Positions 44,894 through 53,697 of a stretch of DNA of 64,000 nt are shown here, one piece after another. The first letter of the stretch is position 1. Each line of letters begins with the position of its first letter. The notes under the pieces were generated by a model. It worked only from the letters and a program-made list of their open reading frames with translations. It was not told where the DNA came from and made no database searches. The DNA is from Deltaproteobacteria bacterium. Lineage in GTDB: Bacteria > Desulfobacterota > Binatia > UBA12015. The stretch lies in the NCBI GenBank assembly GCA_029262355.1, contig JAJCZO010000094.1:7212-71211 (forward strand). Reading direction: 5' to 3'. Both the position numbers and the translations under genes were made by a program.

Positions 44894-46885
44894 ATGAGTG
44901 AGATCGGGCGCCTGGCCATCGTGCTGGGCTTCATCGTGGCCATTTGGGGTAGCGCCGCGAGCATCCTCGGCGGGCTGCGGCGCGACAAGGCTTTGGTCGC
45001 GAGCGGCACTCACGCCGCGTACGCCTTCTCTGCTCTCACCGGCATCGCCGTCCTCGCTCTCCTCCAACTCCTCCTCACACGCGACTTCAACGTCGAGTAC
45101 GTGGCCTCCTACAGCTCGAGCACGCTGCCACTGTGGTACACGATAGCTGCCCTCTGGGGCGGGATGAAGGGGTCGCTGCTGTGGTGGACCTTCATTTTGG
45201 CGGTCTGCAACGCAGTCGTTCAGGTCCAGAACCGACACAAGAACCGCGACCAGATGCCGTACGTCACGGCGACCATGCTGATCACCGGGGGGTTCTTCCT
45301 CTCGCTGCTGGTCTTCGTGACGGACCCCTTCGAGCGGCTGCCGTTCACGCCGTCGGAAGGCTCCGACCTGAACCCCCTGCTGCAGAACTACTGGATGACG
45401 ATTCACCCGCCCTCGCTGTACATCGGGTTCGTCTCCACAACGGTTCCCTTCGCCTTCGCGCTCGCCGCACTGGCCACTGGCAAGCTCAGCGACGCCTGGA
45501 TTCGGACGACACGGCGCTGGGCGCTGTTTTCCTGGTTCTTCCTGAGCCTCGGGAACCTCTTTGGTGCCGCCTGGGCGTACGTCGTCCTGGGTTGGGGCGG
45601 ATATTGGGCCTGGGACCCCGTCGAGAACGCGGCCTTCATGCCTTGGCTCACCTCGAGCGCCTACCTGCACTCGGTGATGATTCAGGAAAAGAAGGACATG
45701 CTGAAGGTCTGGAACATGGTGCTGGTGATCCTCACCTTCGCGCTGACCATCTTCGGTACCTTCCTCACCCGCTCGGGAGTCATCTCGTCGGTCCACTCGT
45801 TTACACAGTCGGGTCTTGGCCCGTTCTTCTTGATCTTCCTCGGCATCATCTTGGCGGTGTCCCTCGGTCTGCTCGTGTGGCGGCTGCCGATGTTGAAGAG
45901 CAAGAACGAGCTCGAGTCGGTCTTCTCCCGCGAAGCGACGTTCCTGCTGAACAACCTGATGTTCGTCGGCATCGCCTTCACCGTCTTCTGGGGCACCGTC
46001 TTCCCCGTACTCTCCGAGTGGGTCCGAGGCGTGAAGATCACCGTCGGACCGCCGTTCTTCAATCAGGTAAATGCACCACTCGGCCTCGCGCTCATCTTCC
46101 TCATGGGCGTCGGTCCCGTCATCGCCTGGCGGCGGGCGAGTTGGTCGAGCCTCAAGCGAGCGTTTGCGATTCCAGTCTTCGCTGGGGTCGCCACCGGCGT
46201 GATCGCGCTCGTGATGGGCGCGGGCAACTTCTACGCGATCGTCGCGTTCTCGATCTCGTCCTTCGCACTCGCAACCATGTTCACCGAGTTCTGGAAGGGC
46301 ATGCGCGTTCGCCAGGCCATGATGGGCGAGGCGCCGTGGACCGCGCTCTCACGTCTGATCGGCAAGAACCGGCGGCGCTACGGCGGCTATATCGTGCACG
46401 TCGCGATGGTGATGGTCTTCGTCGGAATCGTCGCGTCGTCGGTCTTCAAGATCGAGAAGCAGACCGGCATCGAGATCGGGCAGTCCGTCGAGATCGGCGG
46501 CTACGACGTGCGCTTCGACGGCATCGAAGACGAGAGCACCGAGCACGTCGAGATTCGCAAAGCGAAGCTCGCAGTCTTCGATGACGGCGAGCTGCTCGGC
46601 TTCGTCTACCCCGAGAAGCGCTTCTACAAGAAGCCCGAGCAACCAACGACCGAGGTCGCCATCTGGTCGACGATCGGGAGCGATCTGTACACCGTGCTCG
46701 GCACGTACGATGAGGCGTCCAAGATAGGAGTCTTCCAACTCTTCCTGAACCCGATGATCTCGTGGATGTGGATCGGCGGCTTCGTGCTCTTCCTCGGAAC
46801 CGTCGTCTGCATGTGGCCCACGTACGCAGAACGTACCGCCGAGGCGACCTCGCGGATTCCCGCGGGCTCGAAGACGACATCTTGA
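44894..46885 (+). CDS. ccmF: Cytochrome c-type biogenesis protein CcmF (heme lyase subunit)
   Basis: The 663-aa polytopic protein contains WGGYWAWDPVENAAFMPWL (WWD domain) and conserved His residues. Confidence 0.9.
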   Translation: MSEIGRLAIVLGFIVAIWGSAASILGGLRRDKALVASGTHAAYAFSALTGIAVLALLQLLLTRDFNVEYVASYSSSTLPLWYTIAALWGGMKGSLLWWTFILAVCNAVVQVQNRHKNRDQMPYVTATMLITGGFFLSLLVFVTDPFERLPFTPSEGSDLNPLLQNYWMTIHPPSLYIGFVSTTVPFAFALAALATGKLSDAWIRTTRRWALFSWFFLSLGNLFGAAWAYVVLGWGGYWAWDPVENAAFMPWLTSSAYLHSVMIQEKKDMLKVWNMVLVILTFALTIFGTFLTRSGVISSVHSFTQSGLGPFFLIFLGIILAVSLGLLVWRLPMLKSKNELESVFSREATFLLNNLMFVGIAFTVFWGTVFPVLSEWVRGVKITVGPPFFNQVNAPLGLALIFLMGVGPVIAWRRASWSSLKRAFAIPVFAGVATGVIALVMGAGNFYAIVAFSISSFALATMFTEFWKGMRVRQAMMGEAPWTALSRLIGKNRRRYGGYIVHVAMVMVFVGIVASSVFKIEKQTGIEIGQSVEIGGYDVRFDGIEDESTEHVEIRKAKLAVFDDGELLGFVYPEKRFYKKPEQPTTEVAIWSTIGSDLYTVLGTYDEASKIGVFQLFLNPMISWMWIGGFVLFLGTVVCMWPTYAERTAEATSRIPAGSKTTS

Positions 46886-47385
46886 AGCGACAAGCAGCGA
46901 CTCTGGGCCTGGTAATGCTCCTGACGAGCATCGCCGGGGTCTTCGGCATTGCGCCCGCACGCGCCGAAGTGCCGACGCAGAACGAGGTCGAAACCGCGCT
47001 CACGTGCCAGTGTGGGTGCGGCCTCACCGTCCACTCGTGCAATCACGTGAACTGCGGCTCCGGCATTCCCCTGAAGAGGGAGATTGGTGAGCAGATCGGC
47101 GAAGGCCGCTCGCTACCCGAAATCCTGAGCCACTTCGAAAACAAGTACGGCGAGATCATTCTCTCCGCGCCGACCACCCGCGGCTTCAACCTGATCGCGT
47201 GGGCCATGCCCTTCGTGGTCCTCGCCATCGGCGGCCTAACCGTCGGTGTCGTGCTGTGGCGATGGCGCGGCGCCACCGACGCCGACAAGTCGCCGGTGGC
47301 TCCCGTACCCCCGACGTCGGCAAGCCCCGCCGAGAACGAGCTGCGCGAACGGATGGAACGCGAGCTGCGCGAACGGGATACCTAG
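46882..47385 (+). CDS. ccmH: CcmH/CycL/NrfF-like cytochrome c biogenesis protein with an atypical Cys-rich motif
   Basis: A TTG start overlaps the ccmF stop (TTGA) and gives the signal peptide MKRQAATLGLVMLLTSIAGVFGIAPARA. The motif LTCQCGCGLTVHSC sits where LRCxxCQ is expected. The C-terminal TM helix is IAWAMPFVVLAIGGLTVGVVLW. Confidence 0.55.
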   Translation: MKRQAATLGLVMLLTSIAGVFGIAPARAEVPTQNEVETALTCQCGCGLTVHSCNHVNCGSGIPLKREIGEQIGEGRSLPEILSHFENKYGEIILSAPTTRGFNLIAWAMPFVVLAIGGLTVGVVLWRWRGATDADKSPVAPVPPTSASPAENELRERMERELRERDT

Positions 47386-47844
47386 ATGGCCGTCACTCTC
47401 ATAGGGCTCGTGATCGTCACGGCGGCAGCGATCTTCATCGCGTGGCCTCTACTCTCCGGCGGCGGTGACTCGGATGCTCCCGTAGTCCCGGAGATGAGCG
47501 CACTCGAGAAGGACAAGAATGCCGCGCTCGAGGCGATCCGCGAGCTCGACTTTGACCAGCGCCTCGGAAAGATCTCCGACGAAGACCATGCCGGGCTGCG
47601 CGCCGATCTCGAAAAACGCGCGATGAAGGCGCTGAGTGCCGCCGACGCAGGCAGTGCGGGAGAGCCCGGGCTGCAATCCGTCACCAGCCACGGAGCAAGT
47701 CCGAGCACCAGCAATGCTGAGGCAGGCGGCTTCTGTTCGTCGTGCGGAAACCAATTCAAACGCGATGCACGGTTCTGCGTCACCTGTGGCAAGAAGCTTC
47801 TGAAGTCCGGGAGCGGCCGCGGACGTCGCCGCACTGGCTCCTGA
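47386..47844 (+). CDS. Small membrane protein with a C-terminal zinc-ribbon (unknown function; last gene of the ccm cluster)
   Basis: The N-terminal TM helix is LIGLVIVTAAAIFIAWPLL. The C-terminus has FCSSCGNQF...CVTCG. The ATG immediately follows the ccmH stop (TAGATG). Confidence 0.5.
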   Translation: MAVTLIGLVIVTAAAIFIAWPLLSGGGDSDAPVVPEMSALEKDKNAALEAIRELDFDQRLGKISDEDHAGLRADLEKRAMKALSAADAGSAGEPGLQSVTSHGASPSTSNAEAGGFCSSCGNQFKRDARFCVTCGKKLLKSGSGRGRRRTGS

Positions 47845-47856
47845 CCCGAGGCACCC

Positions 47857-48243
47857 ATGAGCGACTCCGACGAGCAGACCAAGACCCAACCCGAGGCGGA
47901 AGCCAAGCCCGAGAGCGAAAAGATCACGATCGACGACTTCGGGAAGGTGGATCTCCGGATCGGCACGATTCGAACCGCAGAGCCCCATCCAAATGCGGAT
48001 CGGCTACTCGTGCTGAAGGTCGACATAGGAGAACAAGAGCTCCGCCAACTCGTGGCCGGGATTCGGGACACATACGACGTGCGGACTCTCGTGGGCCAAC
48101 AGATCGTGGTGGTCGCCAACCTGAAGCCCGCGAAACTGCGCGGGGTGGAGAGCCACGGAATGTTGCTCGCCGGGCGGGACGAGACGGGGCTCTCGGTGCT
48201 GGCGCCCGGGAAGAGGTTGTTGCCCGGGACCCGGGTGAGCTGA
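47857..48243 (+). CDS. tRNA-binding protein (CsaA/Trbp111, EMAP-like OB fold)
   Basis: KVDLRIGTIRTAEPHPNADRLLVLKVDIG...VVVANLKPAKLRGVESHGMLLA is the typical Myf domain. Confidence 0.75.
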   Translation: MSDSDEQTKTQPEAEAKPESEKITIDDFGKVDLRIGTIRTAEPHPNADRLLVLKVDIGEQELRQLVAGIRDTYDVRTLVGQQIVVVANLKPAKLRGVESHGMLLAGRDETGLSVLAPGKRLLPGTRVS

Positions 48244-48245
48244 GG

Positions 48246-49124
48246 TCAGGCCTCCTCCGAAGCTCCCTTCCTGGTCCACCGCCGCCGCAACAGCGCCGCG
48301 CCTACCGCCAGCGGATAACCGGTGGTCATGTACACCGCACTGAAGTAGGTCAGGTCGAGGCGACCGAGGCCCGATAGAGCGACGATCGCCGAGACCGCGA
48401 TGTTCCGGGCGGAGAACTCGATCAGGAAGGTGAACCGATCGGCCGCGTTCAGTCCGAGCGCGCGTGCGGTCGTCCAGCCGATCGCCATTGCGCACAGGGT
48501 CCAAACCGTCGCGGCGAGAAGCGCCGTGGCGTCAGCCGAGGCCTGCAGCTGCTCTTCATCCGTGAAGGCAACGCCGATGGCGACGCCGACGACGATGACC
48601 ACCAACGTAGCCCGTTGCAGCTTCGGTCCGAGCGAACTCGCGAGATCGGGCCGACGGGCGCGGAGCCACATCCCCAGTGTGATCGGGACGAGTAGGATGA
48701 AGACGAGCTGCACGACCAGTGCGAGAACCGGGACCTCGACGTCGGTCGTCGTATCGAGAAAGACCCGCATCCCGAGCGACGCGATGAACGGCAAGGTGAC
48801 GGCGGCAAGGATCGACGCTACCGCCGTGAGCGTAACCGAGAGCGCTGGGTTTGCGCGCGCGATCGACGTCAAGATGTTCGACATGCCGGCACCGGGAGCA
48901 ACCGCGACCAGAATCGCACCAGCCCCGAAGACGGGATCCAAATCGAACAGCCGCACGACCACCCACGTGAGCAGCGGCAGCAGGATCCACTGAGCAAGTG
49001 TACCGCCGATGATCGCGCGTGGGTTCTGCCCAACCCGTCGAAAGTCGGCGACGGTGAGGTCCATGCCCACGATGCTCATGAGCAGGAAGAGGAAGAGTGG
49101 GCCGAGAATCTGACTGGGTTCCAT
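48246..49124 (-). CDS. Bile acid:sodium symporter (BASS/SBF) family transporter
   Basis: The protein has ~9 TM helices and reads ...ILVAVAPGAGMSNILTSIARANPALSV.... Confidence 0.65.
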   Translation of the reverse strand: MEPSQILGPLFLFLLMSIVGMDLTVADFRRVGQNPRAIIGGTLAQWILLPLLTWVVVRLFDLDPVFGAGAILVAVAPGAGMSNILTSIARANPALSVTLTAVASILAAVTLPFIASLGMRVFLDTTTDVEVPVLALVVQLVFILLVPITLGMWLRARRPDLASSLGPKLQRATLVVIVVGVAIGVAFTDEEQLQASADATALLAATVWTLCAMAIGWTTARALGLNAADRFTFLIEFSARNIAVSAIVALSGLGRLDLTYFSAVYMTTGYPLAVGAALLRRRWTRKGASEEA

Positions 49125-49133
49125 CGCGCTTCT

Positions 49134-50516
49134 TCAGAACTGGAAGTAGATGAAGGGTTCGTACTCGTTCGCCGCCCAGGGCAGAACGACGGCGACGGCC
49201 ACACCGTAGGCGGCCGCGAATATCCAGCCCGGCGCACGAGCGACCGGCGAATCGAGCGGCCACCGCGAGAGCGCCGCATGCGCAAAGCCGAAGCCAGCCA
49301 CCATCCCCCACCAGCCCGGCCAGATCGTCAACGTTCCGGTCGATGCACCCGGCAGAAGCCCCGACAAGAAGATGCCGGCGGCCGGCAGACTCGTCGAGCG
49401 GAAGATCACGAAGCCACAGCTCACAACGAGCAGCACATACACGTGTCCGAGCGCGCGAGGAAGTCGATCCGCCCGGGCAAAGCGCTCGATGGTCAAAAAG
49501 AGCCCGTGGTAGATCCCCCAAACGACGAATGTCCAGGCCGCTCCGTGCCAGAGTCCGCACAGAAGAAAGACCGTGCAAAGGTTGATCGCGAGACGGGCGG
49601 GTCCGAGTCGGTTTCCACCCATTGGGATGTAGAGATAATCGCGGAACCACGTGGTCAGCGTGATGTGCCAACGCCGCCAGTACTCTTGGACGGTGGTTGC
49701 GAGATACGGGAAGCCGAAGTTTTCGGGCAGATGGTACCCGAGCAATGCAGCCGTTGCGATCGCCATGTCCGAGTACCCCGAAAAGTCGCAGTAGATCTGG
49801 AGGCTGTAGAGAAGCGACGCGAGCCACAAGGTCATGCCGTCGAAGGCGGCCGGGTCGGCGAACACTGGGTCGATCGCCGCCGCAATGTGATCGGCGATGC
49901 AGGCCTTCTTGATGTAACCCAGTAGGAATCGAACGAGCGGCACGCGAAGGCCGATGTCCGACAGGCGACCGGGATTGGCGAGCTGCGGAAGAAAATCGAT
50001 CGCCCGGACGATGGGTCCGGCGACGAGCTGCGGAAAAAAGGCTACGAAGAGCGCGAAATCTGGCAGAGATTTCGTAGGCACGAGCCGGCCTCGGTAGACG
50101 TCGATCGAGTAACTCAGGGTCTGGAAGGTGTAGAAGCTGATCCCGAGCGGCAGCACGATCTCGAGCGCCTGCAGCGGCAGACCGAGGCCGAGCCAAGACG
50201 TGAACTCCGCCGCCGAGACCGCGAAGAAGTTGTAGTACTTGAAGAAGCCGAGGATGCCGAGGTTCCCCAGTAGGCTCACGACGAGAAGTGCTCGCCGGCG
50301 CGAAGTCTCCGAAGTCCGCTCCAGGCCTCGACCAACCAGGTAGTCGATGATCGTCGACGCAACGATGAGAGACAAGAAGCGCCAGTTCCACGCCCCGTAG
50401 AAGGCGTAGCTCGCGGCCAGCAGCCAGAGCTTGCGGGCGCGGTTCCACGGCAAGAGCCAGTGGACCAAGAAGATCGTCGCGAAGAACCCGACGAAGCGAA
50501 ATTCGGTGAACAGCAT
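49134..50516 (-). CDS. MBOAT-family membrane-bound O-acyltransferase (AlgI/DltB-like)
   Basis: GISFYTFQTLSYSIDVYRG...YCDFSGYSDMAIATAALLGYHLPENFGFPY...WRRWHITLTTWFRDYLYIPMGGNR has the MBOAT signature with a conserved His. Confidence 0.85.
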   Translation of the reverse strand: MLFTEFRFVGFFATIFLVHWLLPWNRARKLWLLAASYAFYGAWNWRFLSLIVASTIIDYLVGRGLERTSETSRRRALLVVSLLGNLGILGFFKYYNFFAVSAAEFTSWLGLGLPLQALEIVLPLGISFYTFQTLSYSIDVYRGRLVPTKSLPDFALFVAFFPQLVAGPIVRAIDFLPQLANPGRLSDIGLRVPLVRFLLGYIKKACIADHIAAAIDPVFADPAAFDGMTLWLASLLYSLQIYCDFSGYSDMAIATAALLGYHLPENFGFPYLATTVQEYWRRWHITLTTWFRDYLYIPMGGNRLGPARLAINLCTVFLLCGLWHGAAWTFVVWGIYHGLFLTIERFARADRLPRALGHVYVLLVVSCGFVIFRSTSLPAAGIFLSGLLPGASTGTLTIWPGWWGMVAGFGFAHAALSRWPLDSPVARAPGWIFAAAYGVAVAVVLPWAANEYEPFIYFQF

Positions 50517-51658
50517 CAGTCGCGATCCTCGGAGGTCGAGCCGCGCGAGCTCGAAGTGCTCTCGGCAGCCACACCGGCGACGATCGGTGCAAGTTCGGCA
50601 GCGATACGCTCGCTCATGAGCCGCGCCCCCTCCTCATTCATGTGTTCGCGATCGAATCGGTTCTCGGGCGCGAAGAGGTCAGGGTGCTCCGACGGGTCAC
50701 GCAGATCGATCAGATGTTCGATCACTCCGTCGCGCTGGAGTGCCGAGAAGTCCGGCCCACGCGCGAGCCCAGGCGCCGCGAAGTACACCGGTGTGGCCCC
50801 TGCCTCGCGAACCCGTTCGACTTGCTCTTCGATCGACGCTAGGTCGTAGGTCTGAAAGGCCCCTGGAATCGCGAGCTGCCCCTTCTCGGCGAACGCGCGG
50901 ATGTCCGCAACCGACTTCTCGAACCAGTCGAGATTCTCCAGAAATCTCCTTCGCCGGCGCCCTACCCGGGGCGTGTCCTCGTCCAGCGGCTGGTATCCTC
51001 GAAGCCGCCCCCGGCCGGCGACCAGTCGATCCCAGGCCGGATCGGCACGAGCCATGAGCCGATCTTTCGTCGCGTAATTCACGCTGCGCATGGCGAAGAA
51101 CCGAAGGTTCCTCCACGAAAGCTCTAGCTTGGTGTACCAGGGCCCGTTGAACTTCCAGATCGCGCGCAGTACGAGCCACGTCGCCCTCGCGTCGTGCCAA
51201 TCGACGTAGCGCTCGGTGAAGTCGTGCTGCGGAACATGCTCCGGCTTCCAGTCCGGTGCCTCGATCACGACAAAGCGCAGTCGCGCGGGCTCTGCATCGA
51301 GAATGCGACGTACCAGCCAATCGGCCTCGAAGCTCCGCATCCCCGCGATCCCGAGATTGAACGACCGAAACTCACGCTCCGGGGTGGACAACTTCTCATC
51401 GACCACCCGCGGCGAAACCCCGCGCTGAACCCGGCTCGAGCCGATGAACACGGCGTCGACGTCGTCCTTCTCTGCCAGGAACGCCTCGACCTGCGCCCGG
51501 ATCGTCGCCGCCTTCAGCGGCCCTTGGACACTGCGGAGCAGGGCCGCCGCCGCCAAGAACACCACGATGCCGAGCCCCGCCAGCGCCAGTCGACGACGCG
51601 CGGTTCGCCGCACACCGCACGCAGCCGAGACCGGGCTCATTCCCCCTCCTTCTCCCAC
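50516..51658 (-). CDS. AlgJ/AlgX/DltD-like SGNH-fold O-acyltransferase partner protein, N-terminal membrane anchor
   Basis: The TM anchor is LALAGLGIVVFLAAAALL, followed by DAVFIGSSRVQRGV (SGNH block I-like). Its stop overlaps the MBOAT start by 1 nt. Confidence 0.55.
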   Translation of the reverse strand: MGEGGGMSPVSAACGVRRTARRRLALAGLGIVVFLAAAALLRSVQGPLKAATIRAQVEAFLAEKDDVDAVFIGSSRVQRGVSPRVVDEKLSTPEREFRSFNLGIAGMRSFEADWLVRRILDAEPARLRFVVIEAPDWKPEHVPQHDFTERYVDWHDARATWLVLRAIWKFNGPWYTKLELSWRNLRFFAMRSVNYATKDRLMARADPAWDRLVAGRGRLRGYQPLDEDTPRVGRRRRRFLENLDWFEKSVADIRAFAEKGQLAIPGAFQTYDLASIEEQVERVREAGATPVYFAAPGLARGPDFSALQRDGVIEHLIDLRDPSEHPDLFAPENRFDREHMNEEGARLMSERIAAELAPIVAGVAAESTSSSRGSTSEDRD

Positions 51659-51677
51659 CGCGCCATCCAGGAGAGGA

Positions 51678-53642
51678 CTAGCGGGCGGACGCTGGCGCTG
51701 GCGCGGACGCAGCCTTCAGATGCTCGAGGTTCCGTTCGAACAGTGGATTCCCCGGCTCCAGAGCAAGCGCCTTCTCGACCGCCGCCATCGCTGCCTGCTT
51801 GTCCCCCATCAAGAACGCGACGTTCGATCGATACTGGTAGACGAGGCTGTAGTCGGGAGCGACACGCTCCGCGCGATCGAGAAGCTCCATCGCTTCATCG
51901 TAGCGGCCCTTGCGCGCCGCAACGCTCGCATCCCGAGCCAGCTTCCCTGCGAGCTTCTGCTCATCGGTCAGCGCATCATCGATCGCGGCGGACCCGGTGA
52001 GCCGCTTCAGTGACTGGCGCGACGGCTCGTATCCCGAACCAAATCGTATCGCCTTCTTGTACTCCTCGATGGCCGCCTCGCGATCCCCCTGACGCTCATG
52101 GATCACCGCTTTGTTGTGATAGGCACCCGCGTGCAGGGGGTTCAGGCGAATCGCTTCGTCCAGGTGGACGAGAGCCTCGTCATATCGTTCGACCGCTCCG
52201 AGAGCGCCGGCAAGGCTCGAGTGCGCTCCCGCGTCCTTTGGATTCCTCTCGATCTGCGCCCGGTAGGCTTCAATCGACTTCTCGAAGTCCCCCTCTTCGA
52301 ATGACATCGCGGCGAGATTCTTCGTGCTCCGCGGGGACTCGGCTTCGAGGTACCCCAGCGCCTCGAGTCGGGCGAGGATCGCAGGGTCGACCGACGCATC
52401 CTGAGTCTCGGCCGCCTCGGCTCCGCCCGCGGTTTCGAACGTCGCAACGGTCCGCTCAGGATCTGCGATCGTGAGCGCCTCGTGGACGACTCGCCCCGGC
52501 ATGTCCTTGGCCGGCGCGACGCCTTCGAGCGCGAGAATGGTCGGCGCAATATCGAGCAGGCCCGCACCCTGGATCGTCACCCCGGGCTTCACCTGATTGC
52601 CATAGAGATACAGCACGCCGTCAATGCGATGATTGCGCGCACTCACCCGCCTCATGTCGCGCGTCTTGCTGGGATCGGAATGTAGCGCACCCAGCTCGAA
52701 GCCGTGGTCGGACAAGACGACGAGCGTGTCATTCTCGCCCAGCACCTCGAGGTACTGGCCGAGTAGATTGTCGGCGTACAGGTACATCTGCTCGACCGTT
52801 TGCCCGAAGCGCTTTTGCTGCTCCGCAAGCTCCCCGCCGAGGCCTTCCGCGCGAAACAGATGACCGAAGAGATGCGAGCTCGAGTCGACGCCTTCGATGT
52901 ACACCATGAGCAGGTCCGGATGATCCTTCTTCCAGACTTCGAGCCCGATCTGGCGGTAGCTCTCCGCGGTGGCCCAGGCCCACTTGAAGTGACTCAGGTC
53001 GTCATGAAACTCGAACGGCCGGTCGAAATCGGCCTCGTCCACCGAGACGAAGGAGGTGATGTCCGAGTGCTTCACGTCGGTCGGGCGACGAACCAACGCG
53101 GCGATCTCTTCGGTACGTTCGGGCGGGTGAACGATCCCGATCGCGTCGTCGGTCTTGCCACCGGTGAGGCCGTCCTCGAATAGAAAATGGTAGCAAGTGT
53201 GATCGCTCACGAGGACGCCGTTTACCGATTCGGCCGGCCAGGTGGCCCACCATCCAACCACGCCGACCGACTTCCCCGCGCCGGTCAGTATGTTCCAAAG
53301 CGCGTTCACCTGGCGCATCTGACTGGTCACCGGCAGCCGCTCTCCGGTCTTCTCGTTGATCGCGGTGAAGTCGCCGATGCCGTGCTCCGTGGGCCGCTTT
53401 CCGGTCGCGATGGTCGTCCAGATGATCGGGCTCAGAATCGGCTCGCTGCTTCGCAAGCGCCCGAAGGCGCCCTCCTTCCGGAGCTTCGCGAAGTTTGGCA
53501 TCTTCCCTTCCGAAGCGAGCAACTCGACTACATCAGGATCGAGGCTGTCGATGCCAAGGACGACCACCCGACCCTCCTCGGCACCGGCCCGTACTGAGGC
53601 AGGGAGGGTGAGCAGCATCAGGGCAAGGAGAACGTGGCGCAT
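51678..53642 (-). CDS. Secreted NPP-family phosphodiesterase/nucleotide pyrophosphatase with C-terminal TPR repeats (paralog of the gene at 31856-33244)
   Basis: The signal peptide is MRHVLLALMLLTLPASVRA. VVVLGIDSLDP...PNFAKL...SEPILSPIIWTTIATGKRPTEHGI...LSDHGFE parallels the other NPP protein. At least three C-terminal TPR repeats are present. Confidence 0.7.
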   Translation of the reverse strand: MRHVLLALMLLTLPASVRAGAEEGRVVVLGIDSLDPDVVELLASEGKMPNFAKLRKEGAFGRLRSSEPILSPIIWTTIATGKRPTEHGIGDFTAINEKTGERLPVTSQMRQVNALWNILTGAGKSVGVVGWWATWPAESVNGVLVSDHTCYHFLFEDGLTGGKTDDAIGIVHPPERTEEIAALVRRPTDVKHSDITSFVSVDEADFDRPFEFHDDLSHFKWAWATAESYRQIGLEVWKKDHPDLLMVYIEGVDSSSHLFGHLFRAEGLGGELAEQQKRFGQTVEQMYLYADNLLGQYLEVLGENDTLVVLSDHGFELGALHSDPSKTRDMRRVSARNHRIDGVLYLYGNQVKPGVTIQGAGLLDIAPTILALEGVAPAKDMPGRVVHEALTIADPERTVATFETAGGAEAAETQDASVDPAILARLEALGYLEAESPRSTKNLAAMSFEEGDFEKSIEAYRAQIERNPKDAGAHSSLAGALGAVERYDEALVHLDEAIRLNPLHAGAYHNKAVIHERQGDREAAIEEYKKAIRFGSGYEPSRQSLKRLTGSAAIDDALTDEQKLAGKLARDASVAARKGRYDEAMELLDRAERVAPDYSLVYQYRSNVAFLMGDKQAAMAAVEKALALEPGNPLFERNLEHLKAASAPAPASAR

Positions 53643-53697
53643 CCAGGTGCGGTATCAGAGCGGCCTAGTCGCACACCAGCCCTGGAGGCACGGGCGC

